In this document: positions 24,963 to 38,204 of the stretch, piece by piece | How the letters are laid out: each line of letters opens with the position of its first letter | How positions within the stretch are numbered: the stretch's first letter is position 1 | Assembly: GCA_958009085.1 (NCBI GenBank) | Contig: OY253672.1 | Location: 806,001 to 870,000, forward strand | Length of the DNA: 64,000 nt | Source: Protoeuglena noctilucae | Lineage: Eukaryota | Direction of reading: 5' to 3' | Notes under the pieces: generated by a model | The model's database searches: none | What the model was told of the DNA's origin: nothing | Seen by the model: only the letters and a program-made list of their open reading frames with translations | Translations under genes and position numbers: made by a program

Positions 24963-27900
24963 CGTCCCTGCCTCCCGCGCGGCCCAGGGGCCGCACTCCG
25001 GGGGCGGGGGAGCCGCAGACGCGCGCTAGGGTTGCCTCCTCCGGTCTCCGCGGCGCAAGGACCTCTGACGGGCCGCGGTCGTGACGAATCGATCGATAGC
25101 GCACTTGACGCGATCGGGCGGCCCGCGGGGCAAACGGAGTCCTCGCCCCGGCTACGTGCGGCACAACTCGGCGTCAGAAACATGAGGTGACCTTTCAAGC
25201 GTTCCGCGGCCTAGACGTCGCGGGAGAGAGCCCTAGACGTCGCAAGAGAAGGCGGTGTAGGTGGCGCGGTCGGCGCTCGCCGTGATGACCACGACCTGCC
25301 GCGCGTCCATCGCCCCGGAGGGCACGAGCAGCGACACGAAGTGCGGGGCGGCAAGCGGCCCGCCCATGCCGTGGCTGTGGCTGTGGCAGTCCTCCGCGTC
25401 CCCGTCGACCTTGTCCGAGCCGACTTGGCGGCACGCGTCGCTCCGGGGGGCGGACGACACGTCCACGAGGGCCGTGGCCGCGCCCATATGCTCCTTGGCC
25501 AGCCGCACGACCTCGGCCTCTGCGCCGGCGGCCCCGGCCTGCCCAGGCACGTGCGAGGCGCTGAAGTGGAAGACGGCGCGGCAGGACGCCATGCGCAGCC
25601 CAGGGACAGGCGCCACAGCCTCCCCCAACAGCCCCGCCAACGTCGGGGAGTCCTGTGGGAGCAGCAGAGGGTCACAGGGTCGAGTGCAGGATCCGGAGAT
25701 GCAGCGCTGTACTCGCACGCGCCCCCCCTCCGCCGCAATCTACGAATCCACGATCGGCGGCGGCGCTCGCATCGGCGAAGGGTCGGGCGCGGGGGCCAGG
25801 AGCCGTGTCGAGGAACCAAACCAAAGGGTGCCCGGCGGGAGCGCGAGGGGCCGCCCCGCCGCTCGATACCCCGTCCGCGCGCGGCATTCGGCACAAAGAT
25901 CGAGATCCGGGGAGCGCGGGGGGGGCAGACGCCCCCGCCGCGGCGCAGCTCGCCCAGGGCAGCGTCCGGCCCTTTGCGGCCCCCACGCGGCGCGCCGGGG
26001 CACGAGGGCGGGAGATGCCGGTCGAGTCGAGCGGACATACGCAACGAAAATCCCGAGACGCGGTCGGGCGACTGCCCATAGCGCGCACGAGCGCGCGGCG
26101 AGGCCCGAGGTGCGTACCTGTAGAGCTTGGCATTGGCGACGATGTACTCGGAGAACTGCACGCGGTCGCCCGGCTCCCCCGAGAGGACGAAGAGCTTGTG
26201 CGAATCCACGGGCACGATTTTCTCCTCGTCGTCCTTGATGGCTATAATCTGGTTCACCGCGCTCGTGTCGCTGCACACCATCACAAAGTCCCGGCCCCGC
26301 AAACCCATGAAGAAGTCCATCGTCCCTGCCTCCCGCGCGGCCCAGGGGCCGCACTCCGGGGGCGGGGGAGCCGCAGACGCGCGCTAGGGTTGCCTCCTCC
26401 GGTCTCCGCGGCGCAAGGACCTCTGACGGGCCGCGGTCGTGACGAATCGATCGATAGCGCACTTGACGCGATCGGGCGGCCCGCGGGGCAAACGGAGTCC
26501 TCGCCCCGGCTACGTGCGGCACAACTCGGCGTCAGAAACATGAGGTGACCTTTCAAGCGTTCCGCGGCCTAGACGTCGCGGGAGAGAGCCCTAGACGTCG
26601 CAAGAGAAGGCGGTGTAGGTGGCGCGGTCGGCGCTCGCCGTGATGACCACGACCTGCCGCGCGTCCATCGCCCCGGAGGGCACGAGCAGCGACACGAAGT
26701 GCGGGGCGGCAAGCGGCCCGCCCATGCCGTGGCTGTGGCTGTGGCAGTCCTCCGCGTCCCCGTCGACCTTGTCCGAGCCGACTTGGCGGCACGCGTCGCT
26801 CCGGGGGGCGGACGACACGTCCACGAGGGCCGTGGCCGCGCCCATATGCTCCTTGGCCAGCCGCACGACCTCGGCCTCTGCGCCGGCGGCCCCGGCCTGC
26901 CCAGGCACGTGCGAGGCGCTGAAGTGGAAGACGGCGCGGCAGGACGCCATGCGCAGCCCAGGGACAGGCGCCACAGCCTCCCCCAACAGCCCCGCCAACG
27001 TCGGGGAGTCCTGTGGGAGCAGCAGAGGGTCACAGGGTCGAGTGCAGGATCCGGAGATGCAGCGCTGTACTCGCACGCGCCCCCCCTCCGCCGCAATCTA
27101 CGAATCCACGATCGGCGGCGGCGCTCGCATCGGCGAAGGGTCGGGCGCGGGGGCCAGGAGCCGTGTCGAGGAACCAAACCAAAGGGTGCCCGGCGGGAGC
27201 GCGAGGGGCCGCCCCGCCGCTCGATACCCCGTCCGCGCGCGGCATTCGGCACAAAGATCGAGATCCGGGGAGCGCGGGGGGGGCAGACGCCCCCGCCGCG
27301 GCGCAGCTCGCCCAGGGCAGCGTCCGGCCCTTTGCGGCCCCCACGCGGCGCGCCGGGGCACGAGGGCGGGAGATGCCGGTCGAGTCGAGCGGACATACGC
27401 AACGAAAATCCCGAGACGCGGTCGGGCGACTGCCCATAGCGCGCACGAGCGCGCGGCGAGGCCCGAGGTGCGTACCTGTAGAGCTTGGCATTGGCGACGA
27501 TGTACTCGGAGAACTGCACGCGGTCGCCCGGCTCCCCCGAGAGGACGAAGAGCTTGTGCGAATCCACGGGCACGATTTTCTCCTCGTCGTCCTTGATGGC
27601 TATAATCTGGTTCACCGCGCTCGTGTCGCTGCACACCATCACAAAGTCCCGGCCCCGCAAACCCATGAAGAAGTCCATCGTCCCTGCCTCCCGCGCGGCC
27701 CAGGGGCCGCACTCCGGGGGCGGGGGAGCCGCAGACGCGCGCTAGGGTTGCCTCCTCCGGTCTCCGCGGCGCAAGGACCTCTGACGGGCCGCGGTCGTGA
27801 CGAATCGATCGATAGCGCACTTGACGCGATCGGGCGGCCCGCGGGGCAAACGGAGTCCTCGCCCCGGCTACGTGCGGCACAACTCGGCGTCAGAAACATG

Positions 27901-28442
27901 AGGTGACCTTTCAAGCGTTCCGCGGCCTAGACGTCGCGGGAGAGAGCCCTAGACGTCGCAAGAGAAGGCGGTGTAGGTGGCGCGGTCGGCGCTCGCCGTG
28001 ATGACCACGACCTGCCGCGCGTCCATCGCCCCGGAGGGCACGAGCAGCGACACGAAGTGCGGGGCGGCAAGCGGCCCGCCCATGCCGTGGCTGTGGCTGT
28101 GGCAGTCCTCCGCGTCCCCGTCGACCTTGTCCGAGCCGACTTGGCGGCACGCGTCGCTCCGGGGGGCGGACGACACGTCCACGAGGGCCGTGGCCGCGCC
28201 CATATGCTCCTTGGCCAGCCGCACGACCTCGGCCTCTGCGCCGGCGGCCCCGGCCTGCCCAGGCACGTGCGAGGCGCTGAAGTGGAAGACGGCGCGGCAG
28301 GACGCCATGCGCAGCCCAGGGACAGGCGCCACAGCCTCCCCCAACAGCCCCGCCAACGTCGGGGAGTCCTGTGGGAGCAGCAGAGGGTCACAGGGTCGAG
28401 TGCAGGATCCGGAGATGCAGCGCTGTACTCGCACGCGCCCCC
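24360..28442. repeat. Tandem triplication of a 1358-bp unit (bZIP last exon + intergenic + proteasome beta-2 exon 1)
   Basis: Identical ORFs recur at exact 1358-bp offsets (ATG at 24962, 26320, 27678). Junction microhomology cgcgccccc at 24360, 25718, 27076, 28434. Confidence 0.97.
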
Positions 28443-30167
28443 GCGGCTCGGCACCTGCACGCCCCCCTCGGTCCGGCCCTGGGCGACGCGCCGGGTGCGG
28501 CACCCGAGCTCCTCGGCGCGCACCACGTCGCGCTTGTCCCAGCTTAAGGGCACGAGGGCCCGCGAGGGGTCCCCGCTCCACGCCCCCGCGCCCGCCGCCG
28601 CCGCGTACATCTGCCGCCGCTTCAGGAACTTGGCCGCGTCCACGATCGGCCCCGGGAGCAGCAGCGGCGCCACGCACTTGGCGCCCTCTACCGCGCTCCG
28701 CGCAGGGTCCGACAGCGACGCCTCGGCGTCTCGGTTGACGTCCAGCAGCCACACCGTCTGCGCGCCTTCCGCGCCCCCACACGCGCGGGGAGCAAACCCC
28801 GCCAAACCCTGTGCGCGCCAGTCTTCGACCGGAATCGCGACCAGCGCCTTGGAGGACCCTTCGCCCGGGCCCGGGCCCAGCGAGAGGAGGCCCCGGCGAG
28901 GCACCCCGACGTGCGCCTGAGGAGCAGCGGGGCCCCACGATGCCGTGAGGACTCCGATAACGGCGAGTCCCGCGGCCACGACGGCGACGCCCTGGCGAAT
29001 CCGCTTGGCCGCCCCGGCCCATAGGCCTTCCTGGGAGCTGGGGCCCGCAGACGCGTGGGCTCGCTTCCGCGCAGCTCCCGCGCTGTCCCCGGCCGGGGCG
29101 GGCCCCACTGACGTCGCCAGAGGCTGCGCTGGGACTGCAGGGAACGGCGCGGCCGCTGCGACGTGCCCTGGCGCCTGGGGCAGGAGGCAGCCCCACCCTC
29201 CCGGCGCTCCAAGGCGTGCCCGGAGCTGGGCGTTCTCGCTCGCCAGCGCAAACAGGGTGGCCTCCAGGTGCCTGTTGCGGACGAGGAGCTGCTCGTTCTC
29301 TTCTCTCAGCTCACGGACGACGTCCTGCGGAGGGCGAGTGCCACCGGCAGGTGGTGGCTCCCCAGCGCGTGCGGCATGGTGGGCGACAGAGAGGATCGAG
29401 CTGAGCACCACTCACCTGGTGGTTGGCCCGCATGCGCCTCGCGCTGAGTCGTGCCCTCTCCCTCCGAACGGCGTCCTGCTCGTCCTCAGCCGGGGCATCC
29501 CATCGGGGCCCCGCGGGCGCCTGAACGGGTCCCCCCGGGCGTGCGAGCGGACGCGCAAGATATGAGGAGTTCGCAGGGGCTCCCTGGCCCCCGGCCGGGG
29601 CCACGTCCCCCTCCTTTTGGCTCAATGCGGGACTCGTGTTCTGCCAGCTGTCCTCCCGGCTGTCCCCCGCCCAATGAGTCGTCTCCGCGCCGCTCGTCTT
29701 TTCGTCGTCGCTCTTGGAGGACGGCGAGTTCGCGCGAGGGACGCCATCGGGCCTGCGCAAGGTCGCGATGCAACATCCGGATCGAACGAAGGCGCGACGC
29801 CGCGTCCGCCCCAAGCCCGAAGCGCCATTCTCGCACCTGGCTTGTGGATTGGATGGGAATACCAACTCGTTGCCGGCGTCGAGCGCAGCGACGCTCCACA
29901 GATCCTGCGCCAAGCGGGCAGGCGCGAATTCATCGCTGCCTCGCGGCCGCACGCGGGTAGCGCTCCACGCAGAGATTTTGATGAATAAAATGCTCAAACG
30001 GCGATATGTGTTCTGCGTGCTCAGGGAGCGGCCCGCTCCCTGCGTCCGCTCACCTGCTCCGCCACACCCGTGACGTCCAGCAGCCCCAGGACCTCCTCGT
30101 CGATCTCGCTCCCCACGCCATGCGGCCACTCGTCGCCGTCCTGACCACTGGCTGCAAACGGCGTCAT
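27949..30167 (-). CDS. Membrane-anchored bZIP transcription factor, bZIP17/28-like
   Basis: Basic region RRERARLSARRMR, zipper LREENEQLL..N..LEATLFALASENAQLRARL, TM GVAVVAAGLAVIGVLTASW, RRGLL, luminal CRAVFHF..FVSLLVP..VVVI..TYTAFSC. Confidence 0.75.
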
Positions 30168-30571
30168 CGGGGGCCACGGCAGGCCTTGACCCAGTCCCCG
30201 AGACCCTGCTGTACGCTCCTACTGCGGCTCTTCAGGCTGCCGGACGCTCTGCCGCAAGAGGCTGCCAGACGCACGTCCAGTCACCGACAGGGGCGACAAC
30301 CCAGGCGTGCAGGCAATGCCAAGCAAAGAGTAATGCGGCAAACCCCTTTGAAACCGATGGCAGATACGGCCACTGGAGAGAATTCAGGAGGGCAGAGTCG
30401 CCGGGAATGCCATGTCCTGTGAAAGATCGCTGGCACGGTCCTTGGCTTACTGACAGCGCAACGCAGGCCGTCCCCCACCCCTGTATCATCTCAGCCGCGC
30501 GAGGCGGGCGCTTGCTGGCAGACCTCGCTGTGCCAACATGCGTGGCTGGGCAGCAGCGAGATCTCGCCGCG

Positions 30572-32810
30572 ATGGACGCAGCTGCGAGCATCCGCGCTGT
30601 GTCCTCCACGCTCGACGATCCTGCCGCAAACCTGAGCCATCTGAAGGACGCGCTATTTGCCTTGGATGTTCATGACACCGGTGGTGGGGTCGGGATCCAC
30701 GGAGCCGGGCCCGGCGAGCTGCTGCAGTGGGCGGAGAGCCTCGCTGCCTTTGCGGCAAAGCCGCCCGAGTCCGCCTTCCCCGAATTCGGTGAGGAAGAGA
30801 ATGAGCATGGAAATGCATCGCACTGGTGCGACCTTGTGGCGAATGAGCCCCTCTCCTGGCCCGCAGTGGACCGCGTGTCGACGGCAGCATCGCGCGAGGC
30901 TGGGAGGGAGTTTCGCGAGAGGGCGGAGCTCTGCGCGCGCCTGCTCTTCCGTCTCCTGCGCGCTGGGGTTCTCGAGCGCCTCCAGGGGGCTCTGGACGAC
31001 GCGCATGGGAAGGCACAGGGTGTGCAGACGTTGCGGCATGAGGTGGGTGTGGGGGGATTGCACTGTGCCAAACCTGCGCTGTGGGCTTGATCCTGTCGAT
31101 CGAACCCCCATCGGCGCATGCAGGGCGGAGTACGGTCTCTCGTCGTGGAGGAGGTGACGGAAGAGGAGGCGCGGGGCATCGAGGGGCGCCAAGTGGCCGC
31201 GTCGTGCCTGACGAGCGTGACCCTGTGCTGCGCGACGCACCTCGCGCACCCAGCGCTCCCCTCGCCGTGGATCTCGCCGGGCGCAGCCAAGGCATCGGCA
31301 TCGACCCTCGCGCACCTCGCCTCTGGCCTGGGCAATGGGGACGACGCGGGGGCGGGAGCCACTGCCGGCGACGAGCGCGGCGACGCGCTGGCGGACCCCG
31401 CCACTGGTCACTGGGCCCTCGTGCACAGGGCGAGTGCCGCGACCGCGTGCCCGCTTTGTGGCGAACCGGAAGGGTCAAGCTTCGGGCACCCAATAACACC
31501 AGCCTCGTTCCTTCTCTCGCAGTGTCTGCCCTCCTGGAAGCCCCTGCTCTTGTCGGGCGGGGGCAGGCTGGACGACAGCCGTCCGGAGTCGTACGAGCCC
31601 GACGCCCACCCACCCGACTTCGCCCGCGCACTCGCGTCGCGACAGCTGGCTGCGCTCGTCCTCGCCCTCAAGTGAGCTTAGCCACGCCTTTGACATCTTT
31701 ACCTTAGCCCACGGAGCATGGCCCCATGCCACGTCGTGTGATGCACCCTCACGTTTTTCGCCGCCCTCCCAGACCTCCCGAGCTACCCGCCGCGCTCCCC
31801 GCGCTCGTTCCCTTCCTAGCCGGCACCCTGCAGGACGTGTGCGTGTCGGTCCAGGCGCACGGCCTCGTCACCACGCACGCCCTCGCCGTCCGGTGCCTCC
31901 CGGGGGACCTGCGCTTCACGGCTCCGCTCCTGCGGCACCATGTGGGCCGCCTCACCCGCGGGTGCCACGTGCTGCTCTGGCCCCTGGCCGCGCCGTGCCT
32001 CGCCGCCCTGGCCGCGTCCGAGTGCGGGGGCGACCCCCGGCACGAGGCTCTCGAGGACGCACTGGCGACGCTGCTGGAGGAGGCCGAGAGGCACCGCGGC
32101 GACCCGGCCCGGCGCGGGGTGTTCTTGGAAGCCCTGCCGCCCCTCCTGCGCTCCGCGGGTCTGGTGTCGCTTCGGTTCGCGTCACGCACACTCCCGCTCC
32201 TCCTGGAGTGGACGTGCGCGGTCGACCTGCCCACGGTGGCGGGCGCGCTTCACGCCCTCGGCCTGTTCGTCCGATGCGCGTGGGTACGCGTCGCCACCCA
32301 CGCCGGCGCACTCTGGCGGAGTCTTCGCCTCGCTGCCAGGAACCTTGTGGAGGTGAGGGGATGTGCTTGGAGCCACGGCTGTGACACTGCCAAAGTGCAC
32401 CTGCGATTCACAAGCCTGGAACGCTCCCCGCCCCTGTGAAACCCTTGCAGTTCCACGGCATGCCGGGGAGCCTCGCGGGGCAGGTCGACTGGTCATCCAG
32501 GAGCGCCGTGTACAAGTCGGATCCGAGTCTGGTGCAGGAGACGTGGGACGGTCTGACGGCAGGTGCAGTTGGCATCCAGGGGCGTGCAGAGGGCGGCGGC
32601 GCGGGTGTTGGTGTCGAAGATAAGACCTGTCAGTGCAATGCAGCAAACACCTTCCGCGCTTTGCTCGCAGTGGGGATGCTTCTGTGGCTGACGGAGGCCG
32701 AGGCGGTGCGCGCAACGATGGCCGAGGACACAGAAGGTGGCGGAGTTGAGGGCACGCTCGCGAGGACGTGCGCCGCGCTGGGGGCTGAGGCCGCGGCCAT
32801 GGAAGCGTAG
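30572..32810 (+). CDS. ARM/HEAT-type helical protein, probable Tti2 (TEL2-interacting protein 2) family
   Basis: Segment AGLVSLRFASRTLPLLLEW...ALHAL..FVRCAWVRV..HAG.LW resembles, from memory, the Tti2 domain. Confidence 0.6.
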
Positions 32811-32969
32811 CACGAAGCGCGTCTTTGGGTTATCAAGGATTGAAGCCTCGATGCGTGCTTCTGCAAAGCCGCACCATGGGTCACGTGCGGATGCGAGACT
32901 AGCCCTCTACTCAAGTCGACGGTGGTGGGGCGCTCCGACCTCTGTGGAAGCAAGCGTTCGTCACTGCCT

Positions 32970-35032
32970 TCAGTTGGCGAAACGGAACAGCAGCACGTCA
33001 GCCTCCTGCACGACGTACTCCTTCCCCTCCAGCCGCATCTTGCCCTTGTCCTTGGCCCCCTTCTCGCCCCCGCATTCGATGAAGTCCTGGAAGGCGATGG
33101 TCTCCGCGCGAATGAACCCCTTTTCGAAGTCCGAATGGATGACCCCGGCCGCCTGGGGCGCTGCAGGGACACCACAGAAGCGCTGCTGATGAGTCGGGCG
33201 CACCCGGCGCATCCACAGCAGAGGCACGCTAGCCCTTGCGATGCCGCCGCGAGGACAGCACCCCGGCCAGCCAGCACTCACCCGTGAACCCCTGGCGGAT
33301 GGTCCACGCCCTGGTCTCCTTCTCGCCGGTCGTGAAGTACGTCTGCAGACCCAGCGTGCGGTACGCCGCCTGCACCAGGGCGTTCAGACCGCCCTCCTCG
33401 ACCCCCAGCGCCGACAGGTACTCAACCCTCTCCGCTGCGTCCAGGTCCACCAGCTCCGCCTCCACCCGAGCCGACACCACCACCACCTCGCACCGCTCCT
33501 CAGAGGCCTTGGCCTTCAGCGCCTTCACGTGCCGGTTGTCGGCGCCCTGGCTCGCCAAATCCTCCTCCGGCACGTTCGCCGCGTAAATCTGAGGCGGGTG
33601 TGCGGGGCAGGTGCCTTGTTTGAAACCGTCCCCTGAAGGGCCTGCGGAGGGTGCCTGGCCCATGCAGACGGGCTGCCGAGGGACGATCATGCTGTGCTTC
33701 CTGTTAACAACTGCAAAGTCCGCTCCGGCTCTCACCATGGGCTTCATGGTGAGCAGGTTGAGGTGCGTCACGACCGCCCGCTCGTCCTCGTTGAGCTCGA
33801 CCGACCGCGCCGGCCGGCCGCCCTCGAGGCTCGCCATGATGCGCTCCAGCGCCCCGCGCTCCACCTCCGCCAGCTTGGCGTCCACCTTGCCCTTGCTCTT
33901 CCCCAGGCGCTCGAGGCGCCGCTCGATCTGCGCAAAGTCGCTGATGGCCAGCTCGAAGTTGATCACGTCCGTGTCCTGCACCGGGTCCACGCGGCCGTCC
34001 ACGTGAATGACCTGCGACGACAGGAGCGCTGGGGGGCAACTCTCCACTGCAAGGACCCGCGCATTAACGGGGCACACCGCGGCGAGGGTAGCGTGTGTGC
34101 ATGGCGGGTGTCTGTCCGCGCGGTCTTCGACGTCGCCCGCTCACGCACCTGGTCGTCGTCGAAACACCGCACGACCTGCACGATGCAGTCCGTCTCTCGA
34201 ATGTCTGCGAGGAACTGGTTGCCCAGACCCTCGCCCTTGGAGGCACCCTTCACCAGGCCGGCAATGTCCACGAACTCGACGGTGGCGGCCACGACGCTCT
34301 TCGAGTTGGAAATCTTCGCCAGAGTGTGGAGGCGCTCGTCTGGCACTGCAGCCACGGGGCGGGGTGGCGCACGCAATGTCAGGCGGTGTGCCGGACCCCC
34401 GCGCAGGCCGGCTGGCGTGGGCGCGGCAGGCGCACCGGTGACGACGCCCACGTTGGGCTCGATGGTGCAGAAGGGGAAGTTTTCCGCCTGTGCGCCCTTA
34501 GACTCAGTCAGGGCGTTGAAGAGCGTGGACTTGCCCACGTTCGGGAGGCCCACGATGCCCGCCTTGAGGCCCCGGGCCACCGTGGACGACCTGCGAGACG
34601 GAGCCAGCCACGAAACGCAGGTGATGATAAGAGCCATGGCAGGTGGGGTCAGCCGGCGGAACGAGCAGGCACGGCACTGCGCCGTCACCGGAAGCGCCGT
34701 ACTCCCAGCGTGACGGACGCGAAGGCGGGGCCCTGGCGCGCAAGGCTCAGCTCCGCCGACGCCGCAGCGCCCCTGGAGGTCAGGTATTGCGCCCTCACTG
34801 CAGGCACGTGGGCGACAGCTGGGCTGACGCGAGGCTCCCTGTCACAGGGTCGGCGTCCGCGCCCTCTCGCACCGCGCGATGGACGCTCTCGCGACTCCGG
34901 AGCAGGGCAGTCGCAAAGATGCGGCCATCGGAAGTCAGTTTCCCCAGCCACCTCCCGCCGCCAATCGTGACGACAATCGGCGTCCGAAAGGCGGCCGGCG
35001 CCAGCATGCGCTCCCTGCTCACCTGCCGCCAT
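32970..35032 (-). CDS. ychF: Obg-family ribosome-binding ATPase YchF, probably organellar; start uncertain
   Basis: [110 protein letters not shown]. Confidence 0.95.
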
Positions 35033-35465
35033 GCTCCATGATGCAGCTGCCAGGGATCTCTCCCGGGAGCACAGCCCTCCCAGGCGCGCGGCCCCCGCGA
35101 CCGCCGCACTCATCCTGGGAATGCCGCGGCTCTGCGATGTCTCGCCGGTGAGCGACACCCAAGCAGCACCCTGCTATCCTTATGCGCCCGAATGCAACCA
35201 GCAACTGTAATCCCGGAACGCGGTTGACCTTGTGGGACGTCTGAAGTCCAGGGAGTATCTCAAGGATGCCTGCTCCGCGAGGTCGCTACCATATACAATT
35301 GGCGCTGACTCCGAGCCCCTTCGCGGTCTTCCGTCCACTCGCCCGCACGTGGCGGGCGTTCTGACAAGAGACCGTGTCAGAGTCTGCGCGTTCCGCGCGA
35401 AGGGAGGGCCACGCCGCCCCCCGCCTGCCTTTTCGGCACCGCCGCCTCCCTCGAGAAGTGGCACG

Positions 35466-37134
35466 ATGGCGCGGGGGTTGAGGAAGCACCTTAAGCGGGT
35501 CAATGCCCCGTCCCACTGGATGCTGGACAAGCTGGGCGGCGTGTTTGTGAGTTCCCCGCCCGCGTTAGGGCGTCTGGGACGCGCCGGCGCGGCGACGGGC
35601 CGCGGGGTGGCCGGGCCAGCGTGCCCGGGGCTCCCGGGGTCGAAAAGGGGCCATCCCGCGACGCCGGGGCCGTCTCGCGGTCGGCCCGGTCACCCCAGGG
35701 CCCTCTTTCGGTGCTGAGATGCCGCTGATGCGGCGGCTCGCGCTCTGGAGACGGGGGCGTGGCGCGGAGGCCTGACTTGGGCGGGGTCGATGGGCTGCGG
35801 GGCCCCTGCGGGTCGTGCGTGAGGCCGACTTTCCCCGGCATCGATACGAATGCAAACCCAAATCCCCACCTCCTCGCGCAGGCCCCCAAGCCGACCACGG
35901 GCCCCCACAAGCTGCGGGAGTGCCTCCCGCTCATCCTCATCCTGAGGAACCGCCTCAAGTACGCCCTCAACAGGCAGGAGGTCATCAAGATCCTCATGCA
36001 GGTGCCTATCGCGCCCAGCCGGCGACGCTCGACGGTGCCTGGCACCGCAGGCACCGTCCCCGCGTGGCCCGGTGTCAGCGCCGCGCTTAGGTTTAGACGT
36101 CGAATGCGGCTCCGTGCCGGCGTCGGCCTGCCGTCGCCCACCTGCTCGCGCACCGCGGGCCGAATTGCCGGGCCGCCGGGGGGCCCCAACGCGCCGCCTC
36201 GCTCCGCCCCCTCCCCCCAGCGCCTCATCAAGGTCGACGGGAAGACGAGGAGCGATGGGACGTACCCCTGCGGCTTCATGGACGTGGTGCAGATCCCCAA
36301 GACGGACGAGCACTTCCGCCTCCTCTACGACACCAAGGCGAGCGGCTTTCCCGCGGGGGTGGGAGCGCGGTGGCACGGCTCCTGAGATGAGCTTCCGGCC
36401 GGCCCGCTTGCGCGTCCCGTCGGCTGCGCGCTGGCCCGGGCACGCGCTGCCGGGGAGGGGAGGGAGTGCTGCCATGAGCTGCGTGCTGGCTCTCCCGGCG
36501 GCTCCGCATGCGAGGGTTCCCGTCGCGTTGGATTCACGCAGGGGCGCTTCGTGGTGCACCGCATCACGGCCGAGGAGGCCCAGTACAAGCTGGGGAAGGT
36601 CCGCCGCGTGGAGTTCGGGAAGAAGGGCATCCCGTACTGCGTGACGCACGACGGGCGCACCATCCGCTACCCCGACCCCAACATCAAGGTGCGCGGCGGG
36701 CTGGGACCGGCGGGGTCGGCGGGTGTGGGCCGAAGCGGCGTCTCAGGGCGCAGGCCCCAGAGCGGGCCGCCGGTGGCCGCAGCACATCGCTGACAAGCAA
36801 TTCGTCGCCGCCTCGGCCGCAGGTCGATGACACGATCGTGTACGACCTGGAGGAGGGCAAGATCACGGACTTCATCAAGTTCGAGATCGGCAACCTCGCC
36901 ATGTGCACGGGGGGCCACAACTGCGGCCGCGTGGGCGTCATCACGAACAAGGACAAGCACCTGGGCGGGCACACCATCATCCACCTGCGGGACGCGACGG
37001 GCGCCGAGTTCTCGACGCGCTCCAACAACGTGTTCTGCATCGGTAAGGAGAACAAGCCCATGGTGTCCATGCCCAAGGGCAAGGGTGTCCGCCTCACCAT
37101 CGTGCAGGAGCAGGCCAAGTCCCACAAGCTCTGA
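35466..37134 (+). CDS. RPS4: 40S ribosomal protein S4 (eS4)
   Basis: [44 protein letters not shown]...[14 protein letters not shown]...[11 protein letters not shown]...GKGVRLTI. Confidence 0.98.
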
Positions 37135-37527
37135 GCGGGCTGGCACAGGGGCCGTGGCCCCTTCCCGGCCTGGGCAGGTGGTCTGTGGAGGGCGCCCCCT
37201 CGCCTCCCGGCGACCTGCGCCCTCGCACGCCCGTTCGCTGCGCCGAGGCTGCCCCGCTCGTCGCTTACTCGCGTGGTTGCTTGTGGGTGAGGTAGTGAGC
37301 GACGCGCCAGGCATGCCGTGCGGCTGGGCCTAACTTTGAACCCCACTGGTCACGCCAGAGCGGAGAGCGAGGTAGCGCAGGGTGGAAGGAGCGTTCAACA
37401 TGCAGCGCCCGAGCAAACCGGGTTCAAAGTCCCATGCCCTGGTGACGAGCCACGCATGGGCGTAGTGCGGCCCCCGTAGGAGCGCCACCGCACGCCTACG
37501 CGCCGCGACACCCAACCGAGCGGAGGC

Positions 37528-38204
37528 TCATGCCTGCTGGCCCTGGCCCCCCTCGCGCTTGGGCCCGCCCCGGGCCGGGAAGCGCCGAGGCGGCTCCCGG
37601 TTCCTCCGGTCCTTGCGGGACCGCACGCGGACAACACGCGAGTGGATGGCCGCCGAGATGCAGTAGTACACCTTGCGGTAGATCTGCGAGCACGGGCGCG
37701 GACCCTCCCGTTCAGCGTCGGGGCCAGGCACGAGCCTGTCGTGACCGTGCACCTGATCAAGTCCGCCAGCGTGCTCGTCCGGCCGGCCCACCTTGGGGAG
37801 CTGGTAGTTCTCCACCGTCGACGCCTCCTGGAGATCGCGAACGGCCGACGCGTCGACGATGTTCCGCACCACGAACCGCTTGATCGCCTTGTCCTTGGGG
37901 ACCATGCACCCCGAAGACTCGCACCTCACGCGCTTGACCTGCGCCGTATTGAGCCAATGCACCGGGCCTCAGCGGGGCGCGGCGAGGCAAGGCGGGTCCC
38001 CGCGGGGGCAGGGCCGGGCAGGCAGCCCGCCGGCGGCAGCCCAGCACCGGCCTCCTACGCGGGCGCAGGCGGCCCCCCAGGCCACAGCAGGGAAGCGCGA
38101 TAGCGTCCCAAGGCAGGAGCGAGCGCGGGCGTGCGCGAGACGGCCCCACTCACATGGCCCCTCCCCTTCTTGTTGCGGCCGTTGTTCCTCCTCTTCTTCG
38201 TCAT
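37528..38204 (-). CDS. RPS26: 40S ribosomal protein S26 (eS26)
   Basis: [23 protein letters not shown]...[17 protein letters not shown]...[25 protein letters not shown]. Confidence 0.98.

Noticed and set aside
25026..25033. ctagggtt, telo-box-like motif upstream of the proteasome gene
   Set aside because: Incomplete single match; too weak to call.
25209..25245. Short duplication ctagacgtcgc around the bZIP stop codon (in each repeat unit)
   Set aside because: Only 11 bp, with no evident functional consequence.
25211..27678. Two 369-aa ORFs that look like extra proteasome beta-2 paralogues
   Set aside because: They contain only exon 1 running into intron sequence, as products of the tandem repeat, not complete paralogues.
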